In this document: positions 1 to 50,014 of the stretch, piece after piece | Layout of the letters: each line of letters opens with the position of its first letter | Position numbering within the stretch: the stretch's first letter is position 1 | NCBI GenBank assembly: GCA_964035545.1 | Contig: OZ037773.1 | Coordinates: 1,517,751 to 1,581,750, forward strand | Direction of reading: 5' to 3' | Length of the DNA: 64,000 bases | DNA from: Bugula neritina | Lineage: Eukaryota > Animalia > Bryozoa | Position numbers and translations under genes: made by a program | The notes under the pieces: generated by a model | The model's input: the letters and a program-made list of their open reading frames with translations, nothing else | Told to the model about the DNA's origin: nothing | The model's database searches: none

Positions 1-22
1 TTGCACTGCAATAAACAGAATT

Positions 23-30098
<30,076 letters not shown>

Positions 30099-31548
30099 TT
30101 TACAAACAAATAACCTTTTTCACATGACTTGACTGGAAACTAAATTATAAAAAAAACAATAAAACTTCAAACGCATGCATAAGGTTTCCTATTTTTTCAG
30201 AATTTTGCGTTTCAACATTATTCATTTGTTAATAGTAAATAAACTTAGGGTCTAACTCTAATATAAGTAAAACTAAGTGAATGAAAATGAAACATAGTTT
30301 CAATAGGTATAATTATAAAACCTTGGCTCAAAAATATACAAAATTAATATTATATTCCAAAGCATACAAGTATTAGTATAACTAGAAGGCTAATTCATAA
30401 GGAATACCAAATCTAATAGTAATAGCAATCGTAATAGTAATAGTAATACTAATACTTATACTAATACTTACTAATAGTAGGTAATAGTAATATTAATACA
30501 AGCTGTTGTAACAACTACTTTACTTTAAAACACAACTAGTATTACAATACTAGATTTATAAACTTTTACAAATTAATTTGACTTAAAAGTCACTTCATCA
30601 TGGGGTTTATCAGTTTAACTCTGAGCTCCTGAGTTTTAGTTTAGCCTTGAGTCTTGAGATTTTTACCTTTTTAGTTCTTTGAGTACAACAGTTCAAGTTG
30701 GTGTTATTTATAATTGGCTGCCAAGTATATATAAATACAGTACAATTTCATAACAGAAATGTCTGAATGTGCAGAACTAAATGATTATATCAGAATGTCT
30801 ATCAGTTTAAAAGCTACTTGAAGTTCTATTATTATTTATATTAGACTACACTTGGTTTTCCTGCATCAATAAACTCAACTACGCTTTAGCTGTAAATCCA
30901 CAACGTTCATGTGATCCAAAGGAAGTTGGAAGATTGGGTCATAAAAAGAATAATGTTATGATTGTCTAGTTCTCACCCGTAAGTACGCTACAAAGAACAT
31001 AAAACTTTAGCTATTAATTAGTCACATGATCGAAAAATGGCAGCAACAGTTAACTGTATCTGGTCTAGCCTACTCATCATTTGAATTACAATCTATCGAA
31101 TATCGCATTCAAATACAATATCAAAATTAGTATGCAGGTTTTAGCTTATCACTTCATTTTATGCTCTTTGCAGTGGCTTATCCATTATAAATATTTATAT
31201 TGCTATCAATCTAAAAATAATATTAATATTAACTTCAACATCAATATGAATATGAATTAATATTATGAATATCAATAATCAATATCATTCAATAGAAATA
31301 GTATTTAAAACTGAATACATTATCATTATAGGTATGATAATCATTATGATTACATTATATTAATGCTTAATCAATAATAAGTAATATTTGGCTTTGCTGA
31401 TTTCATTTGGATTTACTTTCAAGTTTTACTATTGGTTTCATCCAACTGAGATACTGATAGACGCTTCTCAGTTAGAGGCTAGGCTAAATTTTCCACTTGG
31501 ACGCTTTCCACTTGGACGCTATTTTTTATTTTGGCGCCAGGTCGGTTG

Positions 31549-31925
31549 ATTGCATATAAAGCCTTGTGTCTACCACATCTTGAGTATGCTAGCGCAGCTT
31601 GGGACCCAGCCTGCAAGAAGGATATGCAGTCAATTCATAGCCAATATTAAAAGCTGCCATGCCATGCCATGCAGAAATTCTGCCTACAACTTATTTAACA
31701 AAGAAAGAGAACCAAGCGTACTAATCTCTTTATGAAGATTCTAGCAAAAGAAGAACAACATATAGCTCTCAGCTCTGCCTATGATGAGCTGCTGAACAAA
31801 CCAGAAAAGCACTATACAGACCCGCTTCCAAGCTAGGGGATAGCTCTAATCAGTGGGTGCTACCAGTACCAAGTACCTGAACAGTTTCCTCCCATGGACT
31901 ATCCGGGACCTAAAAATTGGTCACA
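31549..31925 (+). mobile_element. Degenerate 3' fragment of a non-LTR retrotransposon (CR1/L2-group ORF2 C-terminus)
   Basis: Translates as AYKALCLPHLEYASAAWDP ... YLNSFLPWTIRDLK, typical post-RT motifs; interrupted by frameshifts. Confidence 0.75.
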
Positions 31926-34096
31926 ATCAAAGCAATGATTCAGATATTTCCACATAGACAGAATTAAGTTCCTGTTCAGTAAATACAGTCCAATCAGTAC
32001 CAACAGTATGGCTATTCACCAATGACTGTCCAACATATTACCCATATGCGGCACTCCCCTTCCTTCCTCTAGAGCAGTCCAGTGTGATGATCACTTCGAG
32101 TAAGTTCGAATAGGTTTGAGTATTAGTTTTACTATGACTTATAACTTATAAGTATTAGTATGACTATCATTATCATTATGAGTGCCAAATTCAGGATCAT
32201 TATTAATATGAGTGTTAATATTATTGTGGTGGAAATACGACGTTATAGTAGAGTTATCTTTTCATGCACTCTATTTTTATATTTTATGTAAACCGATTAT
32301 GTAATTCAATCCTGTCCGAAAGTTGGCAATTGCCAATTGGCGGGCTCTGACATCAAAACAAGTTCCGATGTCGGAGTCCAATTGTCGGAAGGTGCCGATA
32401 TTCGAGCTCCGACTTTCAGACAGGATGAGAATAAAGAACTTTTTCTTGTATAAAAGGACACGAACTCGCAGTGTAGAATCAGTCTACTACTGGAGCTCGC
32501 CGGATCAAGACTACCTTTTAAAGCATCCACTACACAATAAAGATTTTTCTACTCGAAACCACTACCACATCTTTTTCTTACTATACTGGAGTTATGCTCC
32601 CCACTTAAACTGCATTCTACCCACAAAACTACTACAAAATTTTAGTTTACTAGTAATTTGGTAGTAGTAGTAGTAGTAATAGTATTATTAGTAGTGGTAG
32701 TAGTAGTAGTACCTATGCCTATAGCTATACTAATACTGTAGTACTACTAGTATTACTATTAGTGTTAGTATTAGTATATCTATTAATATTACTATTACTA
32801 ATATTATTACTAATACTATACATATAGTATGAGTTAGGTGCAATAATGGAGAACTTGAGAAAAGCCTGTGTTCTAAATTGGAAATGTAGCAAAATTTATT
32901 ACCATTACTATTGGTATTGCTATTACTATTAGTTAAAGAATAAAAATATCAACACCTTGTAATTGTTGTAATTATTATTAAAAAGTATAATGTTTGTTTA
33001 TCATAGTGGTAGTTATAATGATAATCATATCTATTCAATCACTAATGACTAAGACTAACAAATGCACGGCAGAAACTGATGTTTTAAATTTATCATTATT
33101 CTTTATCATAATTTATTTAGGATTTGTAATTATTTTACTTGATAAATTTACCTATCATATTTGAAACTATATGTATTGAATAAATACTAATAGACTTGGT
33201 ATTACTATTAGTGATAAGTCAATAAACAACATCAATAATAATAAGTTTGAAGAACTATAAAAATAATCATACTTAGCAAATATTTTTGATATTTTTATAC
33301 TTCTATAGTGTAAAGTGGAAAGATCAAACTTACTTTTTACCCAGTCTTTGGAGTCAATACCTATGGCTTAAAATATAGTTTAAGTGGGCAAAAAATTTCA
33401 ATTTTAGTATTTGGCTACTTTTTCTTTCAGCTGCATGTGTTTTTATCATCTCAGTATTTTTCATTTGAGTATTTGCTTGTATTTTATTCTGGTACTCCTG
33501 TTTATCCGATGTCTTAATAACTGAAATATAAGTTTATATAATTATATATAATCAATGCTGGTGATGACAATTAAGGTTCTAAAATTATTTCTCAAATTGC
33601 TTAGTTCTACATTGTTATTGTTGAATTGACCCGTTAAAATTTATGTTGAACTGAATAGTTTTAGTTGATTTTTTGTGGCATTTTAGTTTTATTTTGATAA
33701 GTATTCACATTTGAGTTGATGTTTGCATTGTCATCGGTCAGTTGAGTATATTTACTATAAAATTCTATTTGTAGTACATTGCCATATTTCAAGGATATGT
33801 CAATTCTAATCTTTGTCTAATCATATAGAAAATAGGCAATTACTTTCAGCAGAAGCATAAATAAACAACTTATCGTATTATATGTTCTTGGATTTTTATT
33901 TTACTAATGCAGGAGAGCAGCATTAGAGAAGTAAATAATGTAATGTCCGTCACTCTAAAATGAAATGTAGACTTTTCACGCTATGGCTATATTTTAGCAA
34001 GAATCTGAGTTTAAAATTAACATTTTATGCCAAATTTACAGGCTTCAGATTGAAATTTCTCTGATGCTTGACTGAATCAGTTCAAGAATAATGTGC

Positions 34097-34181
34097 GAAG
34101 ATTAGACCTCGTTGGCTACTCTGGAAGATTAGACCTCGTTGGCTACTCTGGAAGATTAGACCTCGTTGGCTACTCTGGAAG
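34097..34181. repeat. Three perfect 27-bp tandem repeats (GAAGATTAGACCTCGTTGGCTACTCTG)
   Basis: Directly visible; no spacers. Confidence 0.9.
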
Positions 34182-34500
34182 GTTTGACTCCTATTCTCCG
34201 TAACAACCCAAGTGGAATCTTGTTTTGTTTTTGTGTGCAATTTTTCTTAAAGTATTCTGCATTTATTCATTTGCTACTTTTAATTTAAAATCTAAGAACA
34301 TGAAATCATTAAAAGCCCAGAGTGCAGGAAAAATTTGAATTCTCAATATATAATTACTAAGTTCTTTTTTTCTGGCAACATTCAGCCCTTGAAATACATG
34401 TTTCAAATTTCCTTCTGTATGTGACATTGAGATGCAATTGATTATTTTAGTGAGAGTGGGTGAACTGTATTTTACAAGCTGGGCACTTGGATGAGAGATC

Positions 34501-35397
34501 ATGCCTTTCATTTTGGCTGGCGTAGCTGAAATGATGCGTAGCCAACAGAAAGACTCTGACGTGTGCCTCTCGACATTGCTACCACTTGTCCGTAAAACTG
34601 CAGAGTTGTCTTCTCAATTATATAGTAGCTTCGCACATAACAACTTGATTAATCTGCACGCAAGTTGGACTACTGAGCTGGAACTGTTGAGCAGTTGTCT
34701 GTATTACATAGTCACCACCTTGTCAGGCCAGCAAACAATTGGGGAGGAGTATGTGAACATCATTCAAGTTGATGGGACCAGAAAATATCATCCAAAGTTT
34801 TTAAGACGCTGTCTAATGGTATCACTGCACTGTTTTGGTCCATACTTGGCCAGCATTATGATCAACCAGCTCAAGGCTTACGTCAGATTGAGTCAATGGA
34901 TTGCATCATCACGTAAACCTGTGGCTATGAACATTTTAGACTGCGGTTACCATGCTATGCAATGGATTTATAGACTACAGAAAAGTCTCTTCTTTTTGAA
35001 ACTGTCACGAGATTCGTTGTCTAAAGAGATGACTTCAATATCCTATATAACTATTCGTGGTACTCCAATAAAAGAGTATTCATGTTTTAAAGTACTGGGT
35101 TACTTGGGCCTCATTCAATCTTCTTTCTCTCTTTACAATGCACTACTTTCAGTCAAAAACTCAGTCATATCAGCTAAATCTAGTCACCCTGTACTGACCG
35201 AGCAGCCACAAGCTGTCTCGGCAGCCAAGTGCCCCATGTGCTATGACCAGTATACAGATATAACTAGCAGCGAATGTGGTCACTTGTTCTGCTGGAGTTG
35301 TATATATCCATGGTGCTCCACCAAGAGATTCTGTCCCATTTGCCGGGCTGAGTGTGAACCCAGGGGACTGGTGCGACTCGTCAACTTTGACTTCTGA
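34501..35397 (+). CDS. PEX10: Peroxisome biogenesis factor 10 (RING E3 ligase subunit), single coding exon, 298 aa
   Basis: N-terminal MMRSQQKD, the PEX10 signature TTLSGQQTIGEEYVNIIQV, and a C-terminal C3HC4 RING (CPMC...CGHLFCWSC...CPICR); AATAAA at ~35455. Confidence 0.92.
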   Translation: MPFILAGVAEMMRSQQKDSDVCLSTLLPLVRKTAELSSQLYSSFAHNNLINLHASWTTELELLSSCLYYIVTTLSGQQTIGEEYVNIIQVDGTRKYHPKFLRRCLMVSLHCFGPYLASIMINQLKAYVRLSQWIASSRKPVAMNILDCGYHAMQWIYRLQKSLFFLKLSRDSLSKEMTSISYITIRGTPIKEYSCFKVLGYLGLIQSSFSLYNALLSVKNSVISAKSSHPVLTEQPQAVSAAKCPMCYDQYTDITSSECGHLFCWSCIYPWCSTKRFCPICRAECEPRGLVRLVNFDF

Positions 35398-36204
35398 CCC
35401 TTTGATTGGTGGAATCAAGAAACTGAATGATTTTCTGTTATCTAATTTCAATTAAATAAACTTTCAATTTTGTCAAATTCAGACTTGTCTGCTCACTGAA
35501 CAGCATTTTTCTATATGCCTGTTATGAATTAGAACCAGGATTATATTAAATGTGTTATTCAATGAAATGCCACAAATAATGCATGAGGTTTTATTGCATG
35601 AAGTCTATTAGAGAGTAATTGAATGCCTATAATTTGTCCAATAAAATTAATGATTTGTGCTTTTTAATATAGTGAAATCACACAACAAGCAGACAGGCTT
35701 TCACAAGATGTCTGTTATATTTATAGTACATTTGAAGAGTACACCAGCACAATAGTACATGCATACATATTTCATACTATAATACAAGAAGGCTTTCAAT
35801 GTACAGAAGTCATCATAATACGAATTCTAACCAGAGTGTCACAACAGATACGATGAGTGAAGGACAGATAACTACACTTTACATGCATGCATTAGGTACG
35901 AGTCCAAAGTGGGCTCAAGTAGAGTGGTTGGTGTCTTTGGGCCATCTTCATAAGAATAATACTATTATGTACAAGTAGAATTGAATGTAATTTCATAAGA
36001 TAATAAAATCGTCTCCACCTCAGCCTGCCCTAGCTAATAATCTGTTGAGTGAGAGCACAACCTGCTGGTGATTGCCGATGGCAGGTGGGGGCGGTGCATA
36101 GCGTGACTGTACAAGGTGGAGCAGCAGATAGAGTTACAAGAGCTAACAGTAGGTGGTTGAGAAACTACAGAGATGTGGTTACAGAGTCAGTCAGGTGGGT
36201 GTGG

Positions 36205-42519
<6,315 letters not shown>

Positions 42520-43140
42520 TGAAGTTGAACTACTTGTTAGTTGTTAAACCCACTGTAAAACTGTATTTGTACTATTGCTATATCAATTTTAATAATGTTA
42601 AAGTTTATATGTTTAAATTGCAGAAAGTAAACCTGTTCGCCTATTCTTGTCTGCAAGGTAGTTGAAAATTAAATACAGTTAGTGCTTGTCAACTGCATAA
42701 AACCGAATTTCTGTGTAAACAACCGCTTTCAACTCGGTTCACGCGCAATCTCTATCATTCAAGAGTTGTAGCAGCGCCAGTTAAAGAAAGAGGTATGTAA
42801 TGAATGTTGAACCGCTGTATGCGTGTAGCTCATCAAGTTATGACCAGCTCTAGTAATTTTAATGATGCTTCAAACGCGGGACTCAGTTGGGATAGTGCAT
42901 AATGAATTGATCATCCCAAATTCGATGTAGTGATTGGGTGGAGGCTTTAATATTATTGGTTTAAAACCCGTGTGAAGCACGTGCGTAGGGTATATTATAA
43001 ACAAAGTATTATGTTGTTCAATACTTTTGGCCTGTGGTTTAAGTCATCTATTTTTTATTTGCGATTGGTTTACCATCATAGCCTCTAGCTATTTGGTCTC
43101 TTAGCTTTTCCTTCAGGTTTTGAGTGAGTCAGATTCGTAT
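42520..43140. promoter_or_regulatory. Probable bidirectional promoter between head-to-head ANP32 and NUDT22
   Basis: Divergent gene arrangement; locally CpG-richer; ATTGG (CCAAT) motifs at ~42933, 42955 and 43063; CACGTG at ~42978; plus-strand GTGAGT donor at ~43123 and an acceptor just before the NUDT22 ATG. Confidence 0.45.
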
Positions 43141-44923
43141 AGTGATTTGTTGGTCTTTTAAGTTTTACTCACAAATAACTAGGCCATGACATTCAGTTTC
43201 ACATTGATAATAACTATAAAACTTGAAGTAAAATACTTTAACTAAAACTTTTACTTTAAGTTTAAGGTTAAAATTCAAATACCAATAGTAATAGTAAGCA
43301 ATACTAATACTAATAGTAAATAGTAATACTCTAATAGTAATACTAATAGTAAAACTAAATTATTATTATAAATTAATAATAATATAATCAAAAATATTGA
43401 ATAACTATCAGTATTACTATTACTATAAGTAGTATAAGTCAAAGCTTCAAGTTTGAAATTATGAAATCATCGCAATTAATATTTATATTATCATTATGAT
43501 TATGATACTAATAGTAATATTTGATTGTATATTGTCAATAAGTGAGTTTAAGTATTAATAAGTTCTATATTTTAATTTAATAATTTCAAATTAAATTTGA
43601 TGTTTTTATTATCAATATAATTTATATTACATTTAATTTATAATGAATAGTTTTCCATTTATCATTAGATTGATGATTATGATAATATTAATTGTCATAA
43701 TCATTGTCAAACTTGAAGTTAATGACTATCACAATGGCAATGTGCTCCTATTAGTACTTGTACATGTAAAACTAATCCTAGTAATAGTTGTTCATATTAT
43801 TATTAAATTATTCATATTGTTGCTATAAGTGAAATAAAGTCACCAAACCTACAAAATTGCAAGCAAAGGCATCAAACATGTTCAATATGAATAAGTTTAA
43901 TTAATGATTTATAACCATATCAATTTTGATATTCAATTTTGGTTGTACATCCAATTTACTTACATGTCTGCTGAGAGTTAGTCTAATAACTAATTTTAAT
44001 AATTTGAATCAGTTGTAATGCTAAACAGTAATAAGGTATGGTAGCAAGTATAAAAGATTTCAATTTGTTAGAGTTTCATACTGTCGGATAATTTTTGTTT
44101 ATTGCTTCCATTTTATTCATTGTATTTAGTTTTACAGTTGCTGGCTACAGTAATGGTTTTTTTTCCATGTAATTGTATTAAGAATTTTCTCATTTTTTAT
44201 GATTAATATTATAGTAAAATTATTATGGTTATATCTGTGTTCATCATTTTTACTTAGTCTTATCACTAGCATTTATTAATAGTATAATAATCTATGCTTA
44301 TAATTGTTAATTTAGATAAAATCATCTTGCTTAAATTGTCAATTAGACAGATATTCAATATTATAGTTTTGTGCTACTAGTAGTTTTATAGTTAGTTAGT
44401 AAAAGTCAAGGCCAGCATCAGTAATAGTAATAATCTATCAGCAATGAAGAGTAATAGTACAGGTAGTCATAGAAAGCCGAAATTCTAAAAAATTTAATAT
44501 GTACCAATGACAATTTGTATTCTGTTAATTTAAAATTGTAATCAGTTGGTAGTTGCTATAAATTGAGATTAACATATAGCATTATCACAAGGAGGGGGAC
44601 AGAATTTGCATTAATATTTTATGATAGGAAAATAATAGTGTTATTTTTAATTCGATGTAATTGAAAAATTCGGTGCTTTTATCAAATTTTGTAATAAGCT
44701 AATGTTTAAAGCTGTGCTTTCTGTAATTTTATTCACATCAGTCTACAAACAATAAATTAGTTATAAATTTACTCTGGATTTATGAATAATTTCCACCATT
44801 ATTGTTTTACTTAATTTTCTGCCAATAGCACCAAGAAATATCTAATAGCATTCTAATGAGATTCAATTTTGTTTTGTGATTAAAAACATTTATTTAGTGT
44901 CCACTTTTAATATTGCAGAAAGT

Positions 44924-47539
44924 ATGGAAGATGATGATGTCTCTATATTATATAGCCATGGGGATAAACCAATCAGCCAATCAGATTTAGTTGTGTGCTT
45001 TTCTGCTGACTTCAATAGAAGGCAACTTCCGAGCAGTCATGAAGGCGCAATAGAAAGTATTTGGAGTAGCCGTTGCTCTGCTAACAAGACTTTGTGGAAT
45101 GGAAGCAAATTTAGACTTCACTCTGTTTCAACATCAGAAAGCGGAAGGTTAGAATGATGAGGTATAAACCAGTCTCTGCTTTCATATTTTATCAGGCAAC
45201 TATTTGGCACTTAGCAATATGGAGTTGTCTCTCTTGCTTACTGTTCAGTGGCCGTGAGAAGACCAATACTGTTGAACACATCATTTTACCATCAAGAATT
45301 TATATTGTATTTTTTTTGGAGTTGCTTTCTCTCTCTTAAATTCATCTAAATAGGACTGTTTTTCTAACCACCTTGTTTCCTGTCAACTGGTAGGACCCAA
45401 TGGAACCTTGGGCTAACATGTTACAAAGATTTTCTTGGTACCAACTTTTCTCCAGATGCGGACCTCTTACAGGAAATGGGGAGGAACGCTGCTGGCAACT
45501 CGCAGGCATTCATGGCTGACCCTCTGGGTGAGTGTCTGTTGCAAAGAGCTCGCTTCTTGTCACTGATGAGTCACTGATGAGTCACTTTCCAGTGACTGTT
45601 ATTTAACTGATAAGTAGTTGTTGGGTGAGTTTTGAGTAACTGGTGAGTGGTTGTTGAGTCACTGTTGATTTACGATTGATTAACCGCATAGTAACTGGTG
45701 CAACTGAGTCGGCAGAGGGACTCGTTGTTCAGTTTGCAGAAATATCTCGCTCAAAAGTTGCTATAAAGACTCAGCTCTCTTATTTCGATGTTTTATAGGT
45801 GTGGGGTGTGTGCTATTGACCTCCGACAATCAAATAGTACTATTGAAAAGAAGTGGTGAGTGTGCAGAGGCTCCTCTATTGTATGATGTACCCGGGGGCC
45901 ACCCTGAACCCGAGGTAAGTGAAACCACCACGGAAGAAGATCTGGTACTTTGGCCCTCAGACACAAAAATTCATGTTGCTGAAAATACTTATGATTTGAG
46001 TAACAATGCCAGAATAATTAATATCGTCAACGAAATGAGGCTAGTAAGATTTGGGTTGTCACAGCATAAATAAACTAGCTTTGTCACAGCTTACAGTCTG
46101 TTTGGTAGTATAATATTCATACACATGTTCTGTACACATGGAGTTATGTGCTCATATGTTTGTTCATATTATAGTTGTCTTCCCCACAGTCTTTTGCTTG
46201 AGTTTTGTTTTTCTATTTGAATCAAGGTGTGTTTGTCCTGCTAAATTTACACTATATCCTCTACACTACTATATCCTCTGCACTACTGTATCCTCTACCC
46301 TACTATATACTCTACACTTCTATATACTCTACACTACTATATCCTCTACACTACTATATCCTCTACACTACTATATCCTCTACACTACTATATCCTCTAC
46401 ACTACTATATACTCTACACTACTATTTCCTCTACACTACTTTATCCTCTACACTTCTATATCCTCTACACTACTATATCCTCTACACTACTATATCCTCT
46501 ACACTACTATATCCTCTACACTACTATATCCTCTACACTACTATATCCTCTACACTATTATATCCTCTACACTACTATATCCTCTACACTACTATATCCT
46601 CTACACTACTATATACTCTACACTACTATTTCCTCTACACTACTTTATCCTCTACACTTCTATATCCTCTACACTACTATATCCTCTACACTACTATATC
46701 CCCTACACTACTATATCCTCTACACTACTATATCCTCTACACATGTATTTAAATGTCATCTGTTAATATTTTTCAGGAAATTTTGCGCGGTGCATCAAAC
46801 ACATCTCTATTCACACCTGAGGCCATTGTATCTGAGATATTTTCGTCGATACTACGAGAAGTGCGAGACGAGGTCAACTTGCCCCTCCATTCTCTCAGTG
46901 CCCCTCTGCTACTTGGCGTGGCCCTCAACAAACACAGTCACAATAGACCCAGTTCTGAATATCTTGTAAGGTGGGTTGAGCTACTCCTCACTCATCTACA
47001 TCTAGGGCTAGTGCTGTAGCAATTGATGGATCTAATTCTGTTGGGCAAGCAACTCGTGTAGTTTGATTTAGAAATACACTTGTTTCTTTTAAAGATGGCT
47101 GTTTCAATATTTTCCACCTTGGCTCATATTAGCTATTCTATACAATATTTTGTTCAGCTTTAATCTTGAACCACTGTGGGTTTATTTAGATATTTAGATA
47201 AATTAATTTTGAACGTGAATCACCTCTATTGGGGAGACAACTCTGACAGCTTGGCTAGCTTATAGAACCTCATAATTTTGTCTGTCACCAGGCTACACTA
47301 AAGTCTACTTTTATTCTGAAATATTCAGGACGGAGTTATCTGGCTGTGAGGTCACCACTCTGTATAATACAGGAAGTCAGAGTGAGGCTAGTGAGTCAAC
47401 ACAAGTCCATCTCGTGTCACATGACCAGCTGATGAGCATACAGCAGACGAACTTCTGGCAGGACCTAGCTCCTAGTGCTAAGGGCTGTTTCCTTCTCTAC
47501 CAGGACTTTGTTAGACACAGCTGCAGTACTCAGTGCTGA
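44924..47539 (+). CDS. NUDT22: Nudix hydrolase 22 (UDP-glucose/galactose pyrophosphatase-like), 5 coding exons
   Basis: Exons 44924-45147, 45394-45527, 45799-45914, 46777-46970, 47329-47539 splice in frame: [66 protein letters not shown]. Confidence 0.92.
46248..46742. repeat. 17-bp minisatellite (ATCCTCTACACTACTAT)n in NUDT22 intron 3
   Basis: Direct periodicity; explains the 204-aa and 254-aa spurious ORFs. Confidence 0.92.
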
Positions 47540-48728
47540 TTTATGATCTGTATGTCTAGTTATCAAATTATTGTAGCTAGACTCAATTAAGAACTTTTCT
47601 ATTTAACAACTGTGCAATTACATTACTTGTGTAAAACATTGTGAATAATATATTCATTACCTTTTTGTTATAATAAATCTGAAACTCTGTTTGTAACTAT
47701 AAAATATGTAGCCAATTTTTATAATGTTTTCAGAAATGTTGTTTTTACCCTAAATTAAATGAAATACCTAGTTTTCACATGCCAACCCCTTTCTTGTAGG
47801 TTTGAATTTTCTTCTGGTAAATGCCCTTCTAAGTCTGTAGCACATCTAATCTATGGCAATATTTGCTACCTACTTATACGTTTTTCATGCAAGCATAATT
47901 ATTACTTCTGTTGCTTATTGTCTCACTATAATTATTTTTAAATCGTGTAGCATGTCCTCCTGGATTTTGCAGCTGTGGCGTCGAGTTTGGTTGTAATAAA
48001 AAATTCGCGCACAATTTCCTATAGAGTTGTCTTCTTTTTCAGAAGCTAAGCAATCCAGGCCAAAACTTGTTCTACTATTTTAGCGCTAGTTTCTATTGTT
48101 TGTGCACGACAATTAGACTATTTGTTATCTCTTGTAGCGACTAAAGTTGCCGTGTTCTACGATGTTTCCGTTAGCTCTGAATAATAATTATAATATTTAT
48201 TATTTTTTAATATAGTAGATTTTTCATCCAATAACACTATAATATAAGTTGAAATATATAAATATTCTAATTATTGCAATATATTATATTAAAATAATAC
48301 TAATAGTATACTTCAACTTGTATTATTAAGTTATTGAAGGTAAGATCTACAACTCTGAACTCATGTTTCACTACTACCACTAGTTTAAATAATCGTTTGT
48401 TTTATAATCATAATGATAATCATAAAATAAAAAAATCTTATTAAATCCTTTTTTAGGTAAACTTTACTTAACAATTAAAATCTATAAAGCAATTATTAAA
48501 TTAATGTTATCATTAGTATTACTATACTATTAGTATTACTATCAGTATGACTATGAGTCATACTCATACTGTATGACTATGAGTATGAGTATCAGTATTA
48601 GACTTAGTATTACTATTAGTATTAGATTTAGTATTACTATTAGTATTAGGAATAGTATTAATATTAGTATTGCTATTACTATTAGTATTAGTATTACATA
48701 TATTATAAGTATAAGATTTGGTAACTTT

Positions 48729-49080
48729 TGTAGTGAGTAGTGCAAGTACAAATACAGGAATCGCCCTCTCCCTACTCTTGGAATACTTAGACTCTTATGC
48801 GGCAACCAATTAGCAGCTCCGGAAGATATGCTTCCGAGTCACGTGACACTTCCCGGGTTATTAACATTATATCACGTTGTTGTAAGCGGAGGCTTGTAGT
48901 AGTAACATGTGTTAGTAGTTGACTCTTGTATAGGATAATTTGATGTGATGTTTGGTTTATGCTTTATTGTGGATAATAAATATAATTACTCGACAGCTAC
49001 CTTAGTAATTGATAACAGAATAACCAGCTAACTATACGCAAGTAAATAACTCACGCTCAGTAATTGCACAAATTACTACA
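48729..49080 (+). repeat. 5' LTR (352 bp)
   Basis: TGTAGT...ACTACA; no difference from the 3' LTR found by eye; contains a GTCACGTGAC palindrome and AATAAA. Confidence 0.95.
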
Positions 49081-49081
49081 G

Positions 49082-49099
49082 TGGTGGCAGCAGTGGGAT
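49082..49099 (+). other. Primer-binding site complementary to a tRNA-Leu (AAG/TAG-type) 3' end
   Basis: TGGTGGCAGCAGTGGGAT starts 1 nt after the LTR; matches the complement of ...AUCCCACCGCUGCCACCA with one mismatch. Confidence 0.75.
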
Positions 49100-49115
49100 C
49101 TTGCGTATAGCAGTC

Positions 49116-50003
49116 ATGGCAGAAGACGGCACGGAGCTACCCATTCCACTGAATGAAGGTGAGAGAGATAATGTTGATATACCTGTGGAACCAGTGGTGT
49201 TAGATGAAGAAGTGAGAATTCTTAGAGAGCATGGTGAAGATAGATATCGGCTGAAGGCGCCCAACTTCACTGGCGAAGAAGCAGTGGAGCAGTTCATCCA
49301 AGAATTCCAGGATGTAATGGAGATTGCAGAATGGCCGCCAAGGGTGGCGTTGCTAAAGCTCAGGATGGCGCTGACGGGCAAAGCTAAGCCGTACGGAGCT
49401 GGACCTGACATAGACGGAATCTTTGCTTCCCTGCGGGCCCGTTTTGGCATCTCTCCCATAGATGCGCGGGCCCGTCTACAGAGGATGCAGCGTGATCCTC
49501 ACACGTCACTAGAAGAGCACGCTGCCACGGTGTACCCATTAGCGCAGATCGCATTCCGCGATCTGCCTCCGGTACACCGTGAGAGGTATACCTATGATGC
49601 CTTCGTGCAGTCCATCAACGACTTGGGGCTCCACCATCAACTCCAAGCGAGGGGAGTCACCACAGTCGAAGATGCACTTGCGGTGGGAGAAGCCTATCTC
49701 TTGGCGACTCATATGCACCGCAACCGCGTGGCCTCCCGCCAGGTGACCACGGAGCACTCTACTGCTCACACCGAATTAAATGCGGAACCCTCCGCGGTGG
49801 CTAGTGTGAACCAGATGTCACTAGCGTCAAAAATCTCACAGATGACTGACATGCTAGATAAACTGGTCACCACATTAGCCTCCCCAAGCCAGGTAGATAC
49901 TGCCCGTGAGCCTTGCGGGCCGCAGGTACAATCACCAGGCATGGGGCACCACTTCTGCTGGGAATGCGGAAGGCCAGGACATTTCCAGAGAAACTGCCCT
50001 TAA
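49116..50003 (+). CDS. gag: Gag (capsid-like domain plus CCHC zinc knuckle), 295 aa
   Basis: First ATG after the PBS; PNFTGEEAVEQFIQEF...W...ALTGKA retrotransposon-gag motif; CWECGRPGHFQRNC. Confidence 0.88.
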   Translation: MAEDGTELPIPLNEGERDNVDIPVEPVVLDEEVRILREHGEDRYRLKAPNFTGEEAVEQFIQEFQDVMEIAEWPPRVALLKLRMALTGKAKPYGAGPDIDGIFASLRARFGISPIDARARLQRMQRDPHTSLEEHAATVYPLAQIAFRDLPPVHRERYTYDAFVQSINDLGLHHQLQARGVTTVEDALAVGEAYLLATHMHRNRVASRQVTTEHSTAHTELNAEPSAVASVNQMSLASKISQMTDMLDKLVTTLASPSQVDTAREPCGPQVQSPGMGHHFCWECGRPGHFQRNCP

Positions 50004-50014
50004 CTCCCACCAGG

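Noticed and set aside
32309-32426. 18-bp imperfect inverted repeat around a GC-richer core
   Set aside because: Probably a transposon remnant, but no termini or TSD could be defined.
34097-34181. Direct repeats of 27-31 bp resembling a CRISPR array (also 2900-3120, 4744-5645)
   Set aside because: Head-to-tail units with no spacers, no cas genes, eukaryotic context.
45560-45600. CTGATGA-GTCAC...GTGAC hammerhead-like motif
   Set aside because: Stem II is not followed by GAAA; it is a short local duplication in a NUDT22 intron.
49082-49099. Idea that the tRNA-Leu(TAA) in this window primes the LTR element
   Set aside because: Its 3' end would need the PBS TGGTACCATGAG...; the observed PBS fits a different Leu isoacceptor.
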